The notes under the pieces are model-generated. The model was not told the DNA's origin, searched no databases, and saw only the letters and a list, made by a program, of their open reading frames with translations. Source: Ramazzottius varieornatus (Eukaryota; Animalia; Tardigrada). Taken from it: DNA of 64,000 bases. How positions within the stretch are numbered: position 1 is the stretch's first letter; every line of letters begins with the position of its first letter. Below, one piece after another: positions 49,978 through 61,855 of this stretch. The stretch covers positions 572,128-636,127 of the forward strand of contig BDGG01000001.1 of NCBI GenBank assembly GCA_001949185.1, in the 5' to 3' direction. Both the position numbers and the translations under genes were made by a program.

Positions 49978-50480
49978 CGAGGAGCGAGGCCCTACTTTAT
50001 CCGTTTGCCGGAAAGGCGACTCCTTTTTCCACTGTCTATTTTCTCACTAACCTTTCGCTATCAAAACCCCAAACTAATTTACAAGTACCCTCTAAAACTT
50101 TCCTGTCCAGCCGAAAGCGGGATCAAATAAAAGATCATGACAGGAAAAATTCTAGAGCGGAAGTCGTTGAGGAATTTCGTTTGATACTAGGGAACACGCT
50201 TTCTGCAGAGGGCATAACAAGCCGGGACAAGTAAACCACAGATGCGCCCGACCGAGCAGAATCACACATTTCTAAATGTGGGCCTAAGGTTAATCATGAT
50301 GTCACATGACCGTTTTTCATCAAAATCAGAACGGCTGAAACTTTTTACACTCTTCCGTGGCTGCCTTATGGCGGTGAACGTGGTCAGCTGATTTTAACCA
50401 AGCTAGGCAGCTAACATCGCCGCCTGCAGAATTTGACTGTACAAAGTATGCTCGTGGACGAAGTAGGGCCTCGCTCCTCG
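49978..50480 (+). mobile_element. 503-bp non-autonomous derivative of the pogo element at 11391-14918
   Basis: Both ends (over 120 bp each) match the ends of the full element in opposite orientation; TA TSD inside GGGTACCC. Confidence 0.9.
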
Positions 50481-50921
50481 TACCCATTGAGAAATGAAAG
50501 ATATGCAGCACAGCGTACAAGTATTCAGTTGACTTGCAATCAATCGTAGACAATGGCAACGATCAGTGACAGCGAACGCAGCAGCGTGCAGCGAAAAGAA
50601 TGATTGTGTCTTGCTCATGCGAGTGTTCTCATCCATAAATGTTCTGGATCCAGAGCCGCGATGCAGGACTACAGATAAAGCTAAACAGCGTAACGCATTG
50701 CAATTTTGTTCTTGTTGAAACAGCACCAGTCCACAGAGTAAGTGATTTCTGCCACCACAGTGTCACACAGTGCTCAACTATTCCGTACAGAGTCAATGCC
50801 GCAAAGCCGCTGACTGGTTATGGAATGATCACACTACTAGTATCGTTTACGGCGCTCTGACCACGGTTTGATTCAGAAGCTTTGGTCATGGTGAACCGAT
50901 ATACACTCAAGACCCGCGCAG

Positions 50922-52682
50922 GTGAGGTTCCTCGAGAAGTGCCTCGTATTATTCGTCGCCGCTTGTTCGACAGAAGCAAACCCTTCTGGAGATTTTGAGT
51001 GCTTCTTTTGTAATTCTGGCAGCGGTACACCCGAGCAGTGCCTGCAACCAAAAGCACAATTTCATGGAGACCACCTGCAAAACTGTACCACCGGACAGTG
51101 CTTCGTGCGATATGTCAGTTCGGGTAAGCTCCCAGATTTCTGAAACTGCAACTGCATGCAGTCAGTATCTCAACGAGAGTTTTCCATGCATACCCCTAAC
51201 TTATAGACTAATGCTATTTTGCCCATCCTTTTGGTGCAAAATAGCTGTTCGGCTATTTTGCCCACCCTTTGGGGCAAAATAGTATTTGGCTATTTTGCCC
51301 ACCCTGGTGAAAATAGCTGGTACCTATTCCCTCCCTATCAATCGTTATTTCTCAAGATTCTAGTCTGAAGACCCGTGTTTGGAATTTGGGGGTTGCGAAA
51401 ACGTGGTTCCAAAAGCGCAGTAGACGGGCTAGCGGTCGTTCCAGCAGACAAGCCGGTGGCGGATTCCAACGTGGCGCACACGGGTGGCAGTGGTAGGTAG
51501 CGGTGGTCGCGGTGAAAAAAGCGATTTCATGGTGGTGTATAAAGGCCCCGGTAGACGAAGAAAACCCTTGCTCTGGACAAGATGGGTACAACAATAGCGC
51601 ATGAAGATATCGATGGAACTCGTGAGTTCAGCCAAGAGCATGAACCTGCTTGACGATACCATCATACTCTCCGCATTCATCGAGAGCTCTTTCTGTAATT
51701 TGCTGATCAGGATTCAAGGTCGCAGCGGTGAGTACGATCATCGACAGAAGTCAAGACTCGGCGAAAGGGGGGGGTGGCAAAACAGACGCTCGCTATTTGG
51801 ACCGGAAAGGGGGGGGGGCAAAATAGCTTATTGTTATTTTGCCCCTCCCGGGCAAAATAGACGGACACTATTTTGCCCAGGGTGGGGAAAAAAAGGCCAC
51901 TCCGAAATTATAACCCAGATATTTGTTCTCCAATTGTGTGAATAGAGTACTTTATGGTATGGTGTGTGCATGATCTTCAAATTATTGCTTGGATATTTAC
52001 TGTGTTGATCTATTTTTACAGAGATAATGGACCGAGGTTGCGCTAACGCAATGCCAAATGCTGAGCGGATGTCTTGTCAGACGCTGGATCCGACAATTGC
52101 GTTGTCGGTGACGGTCACGAGCACTGGTTCTGTTCGGTGCTGGGTCCGCGGGTCCACCAAGTGCAATGATGTAACGTTCCACTTGATGGTAAACAGTAAC
52201 GGTGCGTGTCTTACACTGTAATATTGATAGTATACTACTAGTAACGTCATGCCGCTAACGCTTTCTCGGTACTACTTTAAAATCCCGATCATTTCGAACA
52301 GAATTTTGGTACGCGCGTGCATTTGTACCCTAGGGCCTAGGAGAGCATACGGTAAATATGAAATAATAACTATGCTCGAGGGTACAAATGCACGCATGTC
52401 CTAAAATTCTGTTCGAAATAATGGGGATGTTGAAGTACCGGGGAAACTCAGAGTTTAACATCATAATCGTCTTGTCTGTATCAACAGGATGCGGACGACG
52501 CAACCTCGTGGACAGTATACGTGAGCGCAGCTGTTGGATGTCTGGTAGCGATTGTTATCGCCACCGCTTTTGTTTGCCACTGTCGACGACGGTTCCGAAA
52601 TAGGAGGCAGTCTGGAGATTTCTGTCGACTGATGATGCATCGTGTTCATGCCGACTCGCTACCACTTGGCATTTCGATCTAG
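50922..52682 (+). CDS. Single-pass membrane protein with Ly6/three-finger (activin-receptor-like) ectodomain and short tail; start exon not resolved
   Basis: Exons about 50922-51123, 52022-52188 and 52488-52682 are phase-consistent. 'ECFFCNS..EQC...NCTTGQCFV..|EIMDRGCA...SC...RCWVRGSTKCN', then TM 'WTVYVSAAVGCLVAIVIATAFVC' and 'HCRRRFR'. Confidence 0.65.
51212..51888. mobile_element. Intronic insertion with arrays of CTATTTTGCCC in both orientations at each end
   Basis: About five motif copies at 51212-51320 and about five at 51770-51888. Confidence 0.6.
52273..52437. mobile_element. Palindromic MITE in intron
   Basis: atttcgaacagaatttt...gcgtgcatttgtaccct / agggtacaaatgcacgc...aaaattctgttcgaaat. 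Confidence 0.75.
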
Positions 52683-53123
52683 CAAAATTCAGATTGCACC
52701 TTTACCGCTAATCCTTTCAACCAGTTTCCAACTTTCCAAGCTCGTTTGAACGAGCCATGATTCGCTTTGCTACTGTAAAGAAGAGCTTCGTACATTTGGC
52801 TGATACGACTTCCTGTGGGCACGACATGTCGCAGCAAGTCAGTCGCGATCTGCGGAACTTCAGTTGCAACGCTCGATCTGATCTTGACAGATCTACAACT
52901 GCCTGGTGTGTCTGTAGGAATTCAAATGACCATAGAAATACCCGATTAGCGCGGCAGACGTATTGGAAGCGTTGAAATGGGCCATGTTGCAGGGAAAACA
53001 CGCTTTGAACGAAACTCCAGTATTGCTTCTGAACGAGAGATCTATGTTCCCCGACCACTTTCCATGTAGCCGGACCATGCTCCACTTTTTTAGAACAACG
53101 CTTGTGTGCTTTCAAAACAGATG

Positions 53124-53293
53124 GTACATGCAAGATGCGAAATTATGGGACAGGCGGAAAGGACGGTAAAATAAAAATTCCACCGTAGAAAAGTGTTGAA
53201 AAGTACACTAGTGTGAATCGGTCGCGTACGTACGTGCTTCCGTACCGCCGTAGCGAGAAGGCCTGTACCATAATTTCCCCATCGTCCTTGTAC
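53124..53293. mobile_element. MITE (about 170 bp)
   Basis: aattatgggacaggc / gcctgtaccataatt inverted pair with GTAC at both outer ends. Confidence 0.7.
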
Positions 53294-54239
53294 AGATCAA
53301 GGCACAAAATACAGTACGTTGGGCATGCAGAACAAACGGTGACGCACCGTACTTCCTAGCAGACAATGTGCATTCATTCGCGAAGATAATCTGGATTCTA
53401 GAAAGTATAACAGGTAGACAATTATTTCGAGTTGGAGAAGTTTCTATCGCATCACCTTCCCACCAGCTCTCACTGACCTGACAGCTTTGATGTGCAGCGT
53501 ACGACCGTCAACTGAATCGATGACAGGATCGCGTTCCTCTGACATAGCGGTAAGGTACTAGCATTGAGGGAAGACGCGTTAGTGATTATTTCGTAGCCAA
53601 AACATCACCACAGACAGGCACCACCGTTTGCTTCACGTTGGCCAACATGCTCGAGAACCCAAAATACTTGGTGCACATGGACAATGCAGAAGTCATCCAG
53701 AGTTTTCACTCCGAGGTAAGCGACATAATTCTAGCGTACCTGTTGTTGAGACGTAATTCTGTCGACGTAAAAAGTTTGACCACAGTGGGATACGAGTAAC
53801 TCCAACGGGTTGTCTTTGGTTTGACCATTAACGTCAACGCTTGATTCATTTCTGTTGACACAGATTTAGGCTCTTCAGCATTGGATGAACCGCTCTTCCT
53901 CCCAAGGCCTTTCTTCGTTCTTGAACTTCCCTCCATCTTGCTACATATCCCAAGCTTTAGGAGATAAGTTTGTCTACCTGGGAAACGAAAAACCAAGTGA
54001 GGTGGTGCAGTGAGCTGGCAAATATGTAATCCATCCTGTAATTACATCACGTCCCGAAAACGGCTACGGCTATTTCGTCTACCTACACATACTTCCCAGC
54101 TTTAAGAAAGCTCAAGGAATCCTCTATCACGGGACATTGGGGCAGAAGCGTGAATTCCATGGCGAGTGGGATTTTTCTTCGAAAGCTGCACAAAGTTGGC
54201 TGAGCCGCACTGTACTTCGTAAACGACTGTTGTAGTTGC

Positions 54240-54844
54240 CGAGAGATCGGTTGATCGAGGCTGCGTTGCGATGCTGTCAAATGACGAGCGATTGACCCGA
54301 TTTTATCGCCAGATTTTACATTCCACGTCCGGGAAGTCGTCCGTACCAATCGCAATAAGCAGTGGTATTAGTCGATGCTGGGTCTGTGGAACCACCGAAT
54401 GCACATCGTACCGACCCCAGTTTAACGGTAACCAGTGCGAGGGAAAGATTGATGAGTGAGCCACACGTTATAACCAGTAGGCCTCTCGACGGCCTACTCC
54501 CAGCAACCGTTAACCTTGGCTAACTCGACAACTCCACCACAGGCCGATGTGCTCCTGATGTAGCGCTCCTGTCACGTTTCTGTGCTTGACCTAGTGTGAA
54601 GTGTCCAGTTCTTTAGTGGCGTCTCGGTTTGCAGGATGCGGACGAAGAAGCCTCGTGGAGGACATTCCTGTGCGCACCTGTCAAGTCCTCTACTAGCGCG
54701 GTCTTTGGCGCCGCATTTCTTGTTCGCCACTGTCGACGACGGTACCAAAGCACAATACGGTCTGTGGCTTTCCGTGGACCTGACAACTATAACATCACGA
54801 ACACAGATCGCTTATGGGACGTTGTGGCCGGTGTTCGGCGTTAA
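54240..54844 (+). pseudogene. Diverged tandem duplicate of the three-finger/TM gene (last two exons)
   Basis: 'RCWVCGTTEC' and acceptor-'DADEEASWRTFLCA...RHCRRRY' parallel 'RCWVRGSTKC' and 'DADDATSWTVYVSA...CHCRRRF'. Confidence 0.6.
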
Positions 54845-56696
54845 AGGCGAAAATGTGCCGAGCGAAGCCCATAGCGGTATCAAGCAGTCAGAAAAGTTGA
54901 TCCAGCTCTCAAGCACAACGTGAGTATTGGCTAGATGTAGCGCTCAGTGTACGTAGCCTACCGGAATATCTTTATAATGTTCACGATCTACAAGGTAACG
55001 ATTTTCAAGTTCGCGGAATTGCAAGTACCATGGTTGGGTTTGTTGATTAAATCATGACCCAGGAACTTGACGGAAGCTCGGAAAGTTTTTCCTACACACT
55101 GAAAACAGGAAAGGGAGGCGGTGCTTAGACGAAATATTGAGAGTTTCAATTTCATGAATTACAATAGATTTCTTAAAAATAGTCAACGAGATTCGGCGAG
55201 ACCGGTGAGCATGTCTTCATGCAGGAGTCACAGTATGTCTGGATCTGGAACCATCCAGATTGAATTCTGCAATGCGATTTGCAGATGGCTCAATTTTACA
55301 CATCAGAAACTCACTTGACACTTTTAGAAAGTAATCATGTCTCAACTGGGTTTTCGAGAATCTCGCCATTGAATCACTGCGGATATGCCGGCACTTCAGT
55401 ATGTGGTTGAATCCATCGAGTTCTAACTCGGCGTTTATCCGGTCCAATCTAATACGGTTATTGGAAACGAGGAGAAACGAGTAACCGCAAGTATCGCCCT
55501 GAACGAGAAAGAACGAGTACTTGCGCAGCTTGCGCTAGTGGAAACGAGAAGCTAGTAATCGCCGGCCGAATAATCAGTTTGCTCGCCTTTCATTGTGCCA
55601 ACCCCAACAACGGGCGGTTAACCGAGATGTGGGACGTCAGTACCCATGACCAGCGCCCCAACCAGTTTTACCACACGGGAATTGTAAAGCATGCGAAGAT
55701 ATCCTAGAAACGAGCCGCTGCGTGAAACGAATCCATTAAAAAATGGTTGAAATTCAAAAGATGATGATTTCTTTGCGGCTCACGAAGCGAAGGAGGATTC
55801 GTTTCGTTTTTGCCACGAGAGAAAATTAATAGTCAGTCGATTTAAGCAGGTGATTAATTTCCTTGAGCAGTACTTCACCGTAGGGGAGCGTACTGTATTC
55901 CTTCCAAGGTTTCGCGCAGTCACATGACAGGCCCATAAAATAGTGCTTGGGGGGTTGCCGACCAAACCATGGCTACCCGGGGATTATTTTATGGGTCACG
56001 TGACTGGAGGGAATACAGAGGTAATTCGTACTTGACTAGAGCAAGACTCCCGTCCCGGGCAATTAAACAATCACAATGCATCTTGGCCAGCTCTATTCAA
56101 CTTGGTGGGCCGATTACTGTCAGGCAGTATACCTGTATACCCATGGCGAACTTGAATCACTTTCGTCAGTCGTTTTGCGCAGAGTGGCACGAGCTTTGCA
56201 ACTGCTGAAAGACTGCAACGAACGCTTTTCCGAAAACAATACTTTGGAAATCCATTAACGCTCGTTTTTCTGAATTCTACTGCTAGCTTTGTGATTCCCC
56301 TATTCCTGACTGACGCCTGGGATATCGCGAAAAACAGTGCTTGATATCGGCTGAATCAGTTCTAAATTAGGATGCACGTGTGACTCGCCGTGGATGGCAA
56401 CGTAAGACAGGCGTGAAGTTCCGTTTTTCGTGCCAGCTGATCATGGCCAATGCTTTTTGCTCTTCATCAGTCGTTTGGATATTGGTTTTTCCGAAGGCAG
56501 ACGGTCCTTCAAAAGTTTAATGGTGCCGTAGTTCTTAATAAATAACCTTTGATTGACCTTGGGCGGTTTGTTCGCATTTTGATTCCAGCGTTACGAGTAA
56601 GTTTCAATCAGCCTACTCAAAAGCACGGAAATGAAAGAGCACGTTCAACATCTCTTGGGAGACACATAAAGGGGCATGATTCGAAAGTGCTGCCTA

Positions 56697-57352
56697 CATG
56701 GTGCTGCGATCTTGGTTGAGAAGTTCCTTCTGCTATGGTCCACGAAATCTTCAAAAGCTTTTTCCGGGCTATAGTAGCAGAAAGAGAGATGCTCACATGC
56801 GGCCCGGTCATTGACAAAATTACTTCATGTCTGCAACCCAAAACTTTTTCCCTAGAACGAAACCACACGAAATTTCAAATAAAAAAGATGAAAAGCCCAT
56901 CCCAGCGCCCCATCCTTCTTCCTTGTTTTACTTTCTCGGAATGCCGGATACTGTACCAGGAAGGTATTACCAGCTGACAAACGGGCTTTGTTCGTCAGGC
57001 AGGCCATTGATTTCAGTTCATCCAGATGAAATTTCCGAATGCCAGCGTTCTCATGAACCTTGCACAGGTGGTCTAATGCGAATTTGTAGCTGCTAGTCCC
57101 GAATGGCCTTTGCCTGATCCTCGGTGGTTTACTTAACTTCGTTGCCAATTTTGCAAGCGAGATCTGACTAGCTTAATTATAAGTAAGGAAACGTAAATTG
57201 CTATTACCGGGAAGCACGTTCGAGATTTCGCCCAGAAAACATAATCTGGTCCCATCCGAGCGTGTCGGGGACATGGTGTTGCGATTTTTGTCCAAAAATT
57301 CCTCCTCAAACGGTCCACGACCTCGTCAAAAGCTTTTTCGGGTTATAATAGT
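56697..57352 (-). repeat. Tandem duplicated coding-like relic (56697-56777 and 57271-57352)
   Basis: 'YYSPEKAFEDFVDHSRRNFSTKIAAPC' versus a frameshifted 'YYNP-KAFDEVVDRLRRNFWTKIATPC'. Confidence 0.6.
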
Positions 57353-57608
57353 ATAGGGGTAAGACATCACGGGTGTACCCAGCATATTTCATATTTTGAC
57401 TTGTACGGTTATCGGGATCGCGATCTATGATAAAGTCCAACAGAGAAGCGACGGGTGTCGCGAATTCGTTGTGTTACTGCAGGTTATTTACTACATGTTT
57501 CCTTGCTATGCATCCAACAGGAGAAATCTTTCAGTCTAATCATCTCACTTTCTTGGCATAACTATCCATATAACAACATATAAAACCACAAGAGAAAACA
57601 ATAATGAT

Positions 57609-59495
57609 TCATTCAACAAAAATTTCCGCCAAGTCTTCCGAATCGTACCGCTGTCCCGTTGGTTTGTCCAACAAACAAAACCGGGGGAAAAGCTGCAAGC
57701 AAACCCTTCGATCCGCCTCCACTCAGATTAAAAAAGCATACTACGCCACGATACTAAGTGAGAACAACGTACGTGCAAGCCGAAACTTCTGGGCGCCACC
57801 CTCAACGTCACTTCCAGCATTCCACCCGGCTCAAGCACCCCGACAGGTCGTCCGGAAACGCCACACCAGACGAAAGACCGCTCAGCAGGGTTATCCAGCA
57901 TCTTAAGAATGAAATCCAGCGGTCGATTGCTAGAGAAGAAACACAAAGATTGGTCCGGTCGAAAAGAGTAAAACGGAGGACGTTTACCATAAAGAAAAGA
58001 TGGTAACGGTAACAGCAAACACTTTATGAATTTTCACTCTGGCCGGTCTCTTCGACAACGTCACGAAGATATCTCTGGGTTCAGGTACGGCCCTGGTTAA
58101 CGGTGATGTGGTGACTTTGCCCAAGTCGCCCATCTTGGTTCTCCATAGAATCTCCACCCTGCCTGGTGAAGCGCTGCTCTTCATGGACTCGCCAGTGCGG
58201 CTGCGGTCTTTCAATGGAATGCGAAAGACGAACTGGCGAGAGTCGTTGGGACCGAGGAAGTCTCTGGTCTCGAGCTGCTCGTCCAGTGAGAGATCGTTGT
58301 GGGGAATGAGCTCTTCCGCCACGTATTCGGGCGAGGTAATCATCTTGACGCTGTCGAGGACGATGGTGCAGTTGGTCAAGTTCTGGATGTTGAACTCGCC
58401 GAAATAACCACCGTCGGGAAGGCTGACGAATTTATTCTTGAAATCCATCGGTCGTACTACGTTGTACCTGGAAAACCATCCGCTGAAAGCTGACAAGCAC
58501 ATAAGAGACAAATACAAAGTGAAGACCAAATGTACAAAGTGAAGACCAATGGTGCGCCACTTGAAATGACGACCTTGTTCGTTTCGTGTGCCGGCCCTCC
58601 CGATTATAGTGAGATAGTTGAGGAAGTATAGAAATTGATTACTGAATTTTCTTTGATCGGAGCTTAATTCGAAAATGCGTGAGATTTTTACCGGAAGCAT
58701 TTTTTGATATTTTGGCGGTCAACTGCATTTTGCGGGTTCGCGAAGGTTATGCTGGCGATCATCCTGCATCAGAAAAGAAAAAAAGGTGCTAAGGCTTCAC
58801 TTCGCGATTTCGGAACTGAGGAAGCGTACATGTGGGAACCCAGGTCGCGAATTTCTCGGTTGAGGACGAAGTCAAAGGTCTGGTTGGGTTCGAGGGTGAA
58901 CTGCTTTCCTTCGTTGAGGACCAGTTCGGAACGCGGTGCTGCAGCTGCCTGCACCTGAAATTCCAGCCGGACTAAAATAAAGAGCTTTTAGCGATGTAAC
59001 AACAATTTCATGAAGTGAAAGAATCTGCAGGCGAATATTTAGCTTTACCCGTAATGTCGCGGACCGTCACGTTCGAGCCATTGCTGACGCAAATGTAGCA
59101 ATGGAGTGTCTGTCCCAAGAACATTGTTCTGTAATAAAAGCATGAAGTTTCGATGACTCTACAACTCGAAAAACAAAAAAGTACCCGAAAGACTGCGGAA
59201 GGACCAGTTGATCCGACAGGAGGAAGCTCCAGTCCGACGACAGTGACTTGGTCGGGCAAAGTTCCGCGCCCTTGTCCGACAAGTGAAACTTTTCGCTGGA
59301 CGTACCCTGAGCATCGAATTCATCCTGCAGATAATGCAGCTGTCCAAAGACGTTGTTGTTCTCCAAAAAGGAAGGCTTCAACAGCCGAAGAACTGCGAAG
59401 GAAAGTTGAAAAGATATAAAGTCGATAACCATCAACCAATCGAGTTGGCTCAGTCAACTCGCGCATAACGTCAGCAAGCCATCATTCATCGTCAT
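57609..59495 (-). CDS. TRAPPC13: Trafficking protein particle complex subunit 13
   Basis: 'LRLLKPS', 'LVLPQSFG|TMFLGQTLHCYICVSN', 'EIRDLGSH', 'VVRPMDFKNKF', 'LGPNDSRQF', 'GRVEILWRTKMGDLGKVTTSPL'. Multi-exon; stop at 57609-57611. Confidence 0.85.
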
Positions 59496-59715
59496 GGAAC
59501 GTCGGTGACGTTATGCGCGACTCGAATGAGAGCTTCAGCACAGCCCACAAAGTGCCTTGGCGCAAACTTCTGTACCTTTAATACTTAGTAGTTGGCCAGT
59601 TTCTTTGCCAGCCAGCGATAAGTTTGAAGCAGAGCCTCCAGAGGTGAGCGAAGTGTCCATCGATGACATGGACTGGCCCAGTGACAGGTCCGATCGAGGA
59701 ATCATGGTGGTATTG

Positions 59716-60040
59716 TCACCTGCAGGCCAGATGACTTTCCAAGAAGTCCAGGAGCAAGTTAGGTGTTTTCTCCAACAGCACGTCACTTCCCACCGGTTCA
59801 GCAATGGCTTTACCCTTTCACTTCACCACGTAGAGTTTCGGATGCGAATTGTGAGCAGTGGCCAAGATGGATTCGGGTGTCCAGCCAAGCTCAAAACCAG
59901 ACTGGCGCTTCAGCGCAGCAGGATTCTCGACGACGACGTTCTCGTATGATTCAGCCACTTCCGCGCCGTCCTAGTCCAGGTTAGTCGACGAGGTCTTTTG
60001 TACTTCCAGCTCCGCGGTGAGTCGATGAGCAAGCAGTCAG
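59716..60040 (-). pseudogene. HP1-type chromoshadow domain relic
   Basis: Minus-strand frame 'SGFELGWTPESILATAHNSHPKLYVVK*KGKAIAEPVGSDVLLEKTPNLLLDFLESHL' matches the chromoshadow consensus GF.RG..PE.I.GA.....L..L.KWK....A..V.......P..VI.FYE.RL. Stops at 59818-59820 and 59971-59973. Confidence 0.75.
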
Positions 60041-60647
60041 AACTTCGGAGATTCCCTCCCAAGAAGCAAACAGAATTTTCGCACTCTACAAGACCGCAAC
60101 TTTGCTTTAGAGTGAAGTTTGCTGTTGTATCATGTCATGTCAGATAATCGTACAGCGTACGATGAAATTGGCCGTTAAAAATAGGCGTAACACTCCAGCT
60201 GAGCTTACTTACAACTTATCCAATTAGAATTAAGTTGTGCTGCATATGCAAACTTTATTGGCTTCAGCCATCTGGCTCCATGCACCCATTTTTAACAGTT
60301 TATTTTGTCGTACACTGTAATTGTGAGTGTGTCATATGAAATTATGAATGTCTGTTGGAGATTGATTGTTGATTTGCAGTGTCGAGCTGCTAAACCGACC
60401 AGCCCGGTATTGCTTGTCAATCAACTCAGCAGTGGCCGGTTTAGCAGCTCATCAGTGTTGATTTGTTGTCAGAGAATTCCTGATTTTTATGAGTTTTATC
60501 GAACATCTTGCCGATTTCTTCTCGGACCTCGGTTTCCTTTGAATCGGTAGTATTCTCAAATCTTGAAATTTTTCCTCGCTCATCTGTTGTGCCGGGAGGT
60601 TTGGGATACTTGCATTCATCTGCGGATTGAAAGGAAGATTCGCCAAG

Positions 60648-61855
60648 ATGAACATCCGATGTGCAAAGGTAAGCCTGATTTTCTGCCAAACTGCACCGAT
60701 CTATTCTCCACCTTACCTTCTCCGGATCTCTATCACCGGTCCCTGCTTTCCAGGTCTCGGATCTGATGAACATGCAACATTGTAACCTCTTGTGCTTGCC
60801 AGAAAATTACCAGCTGAAATACTATATGTATCATGGGCTTTCATGGCCACAGGTAAGCACAGTAACTCTGACTTCCGGTTCATCACTGTATAAACCATTG
60901 GTTGTTGTTTGATCTGCACAGTTGTCCTACATTGCCGAAGACGACAACCAGCGGATCGTCGGCTACGTCCTCGCTAAAATGTACGCAGATCTTCGGTTGC
61001 AGGCTACAGAGAGTCAACAGAAGCTCTGAAAAGTCACCCGGAATTGCTTGATCATTTTTACGCGTTGAATTTTGACAGGGAAGAAGACGACGATGAGCCT
61101 CATGGTCACATCACTTCTCTCGCAGTCCAACGTGAATACCGTCGGCTCGGGCTCGCTCAAAAGCTGATGAACCAAACGGCTCGTGCCATGGTCGAAGTTC
61201 ATAACTGCAAATATGTCAGCCTGCACGTTCGAGTGTCCAACAGAGCAGCGTATCATCTATACTCTGTCGTCCTTCAGTTTCGGTAAATTAGTTTCTACTT
61301 TTGCTGACACAGGTAAACTCACGCAGACTGTTCTCTCTAATGGCGCACTTCATGGCTGGTGACAACGAAAAAGTGCACCACATAAGATGACGCTTTGCGT
61401 GATTTAATTTGCTGACGTTCCAATCTATAATTCTAAATACATAGTATTTTTGTTTTATCAAGTTAATCAATCAATTCGGGCTGTGTTGCAGGACGACGGA
61501 AACCGAGCCGAAGTATTATGCAGACGGTGAAGACGCCTACGCAATGCGTCGGGACTTGGTTGACTGGGCTCGACAGTACGGCTACAAACCTCCACATCCT
61601 GAAAAGTTCTTCGCGGTAGAAAAAAAAGGAAGGAGGCAGGGTAAGGAGAAGGAGCCGTCGGGTCCTCCAGCAGTCGAAGCTGCACGAACTGCTATGGAGA
61701 ATCTTTCAGTAAACGCTGTAGCGTCATCCGAAAATGCTAAAGAAACCGGTGACCAAGCGGTGGAAAGTACAGAGAAGGAAGTCGTGAAGGACGATTCGGC
61801 GGTGAATTCTGACGGACAAACAGCTACTAAAAAGAAAAATCGTCGAAAGAAATGA
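60648..61855 (+). CDS. NAA10: N-alpha-acetyltransferase 10 (NatA catalytic subunit, ARD1)
   Basis: Exons 60648-60668, 60754-60852, 60922-60980, 61079-61282, 61492-61855. 'MNIRCAK', '[30 protein letters not shown]', 'HGHITSLAV', '[18 protein letters not shown]'. Confidence 0.96.

Noticed and set aside
59818-59820. Selenocysteine or programmed read-through at the TGA in the chromoshadow domain
   Set aside because: The position is a conserved Trp (single TGG to TGA change), and a second TAG stop lies upstream, so pseudogenisation is simpler.
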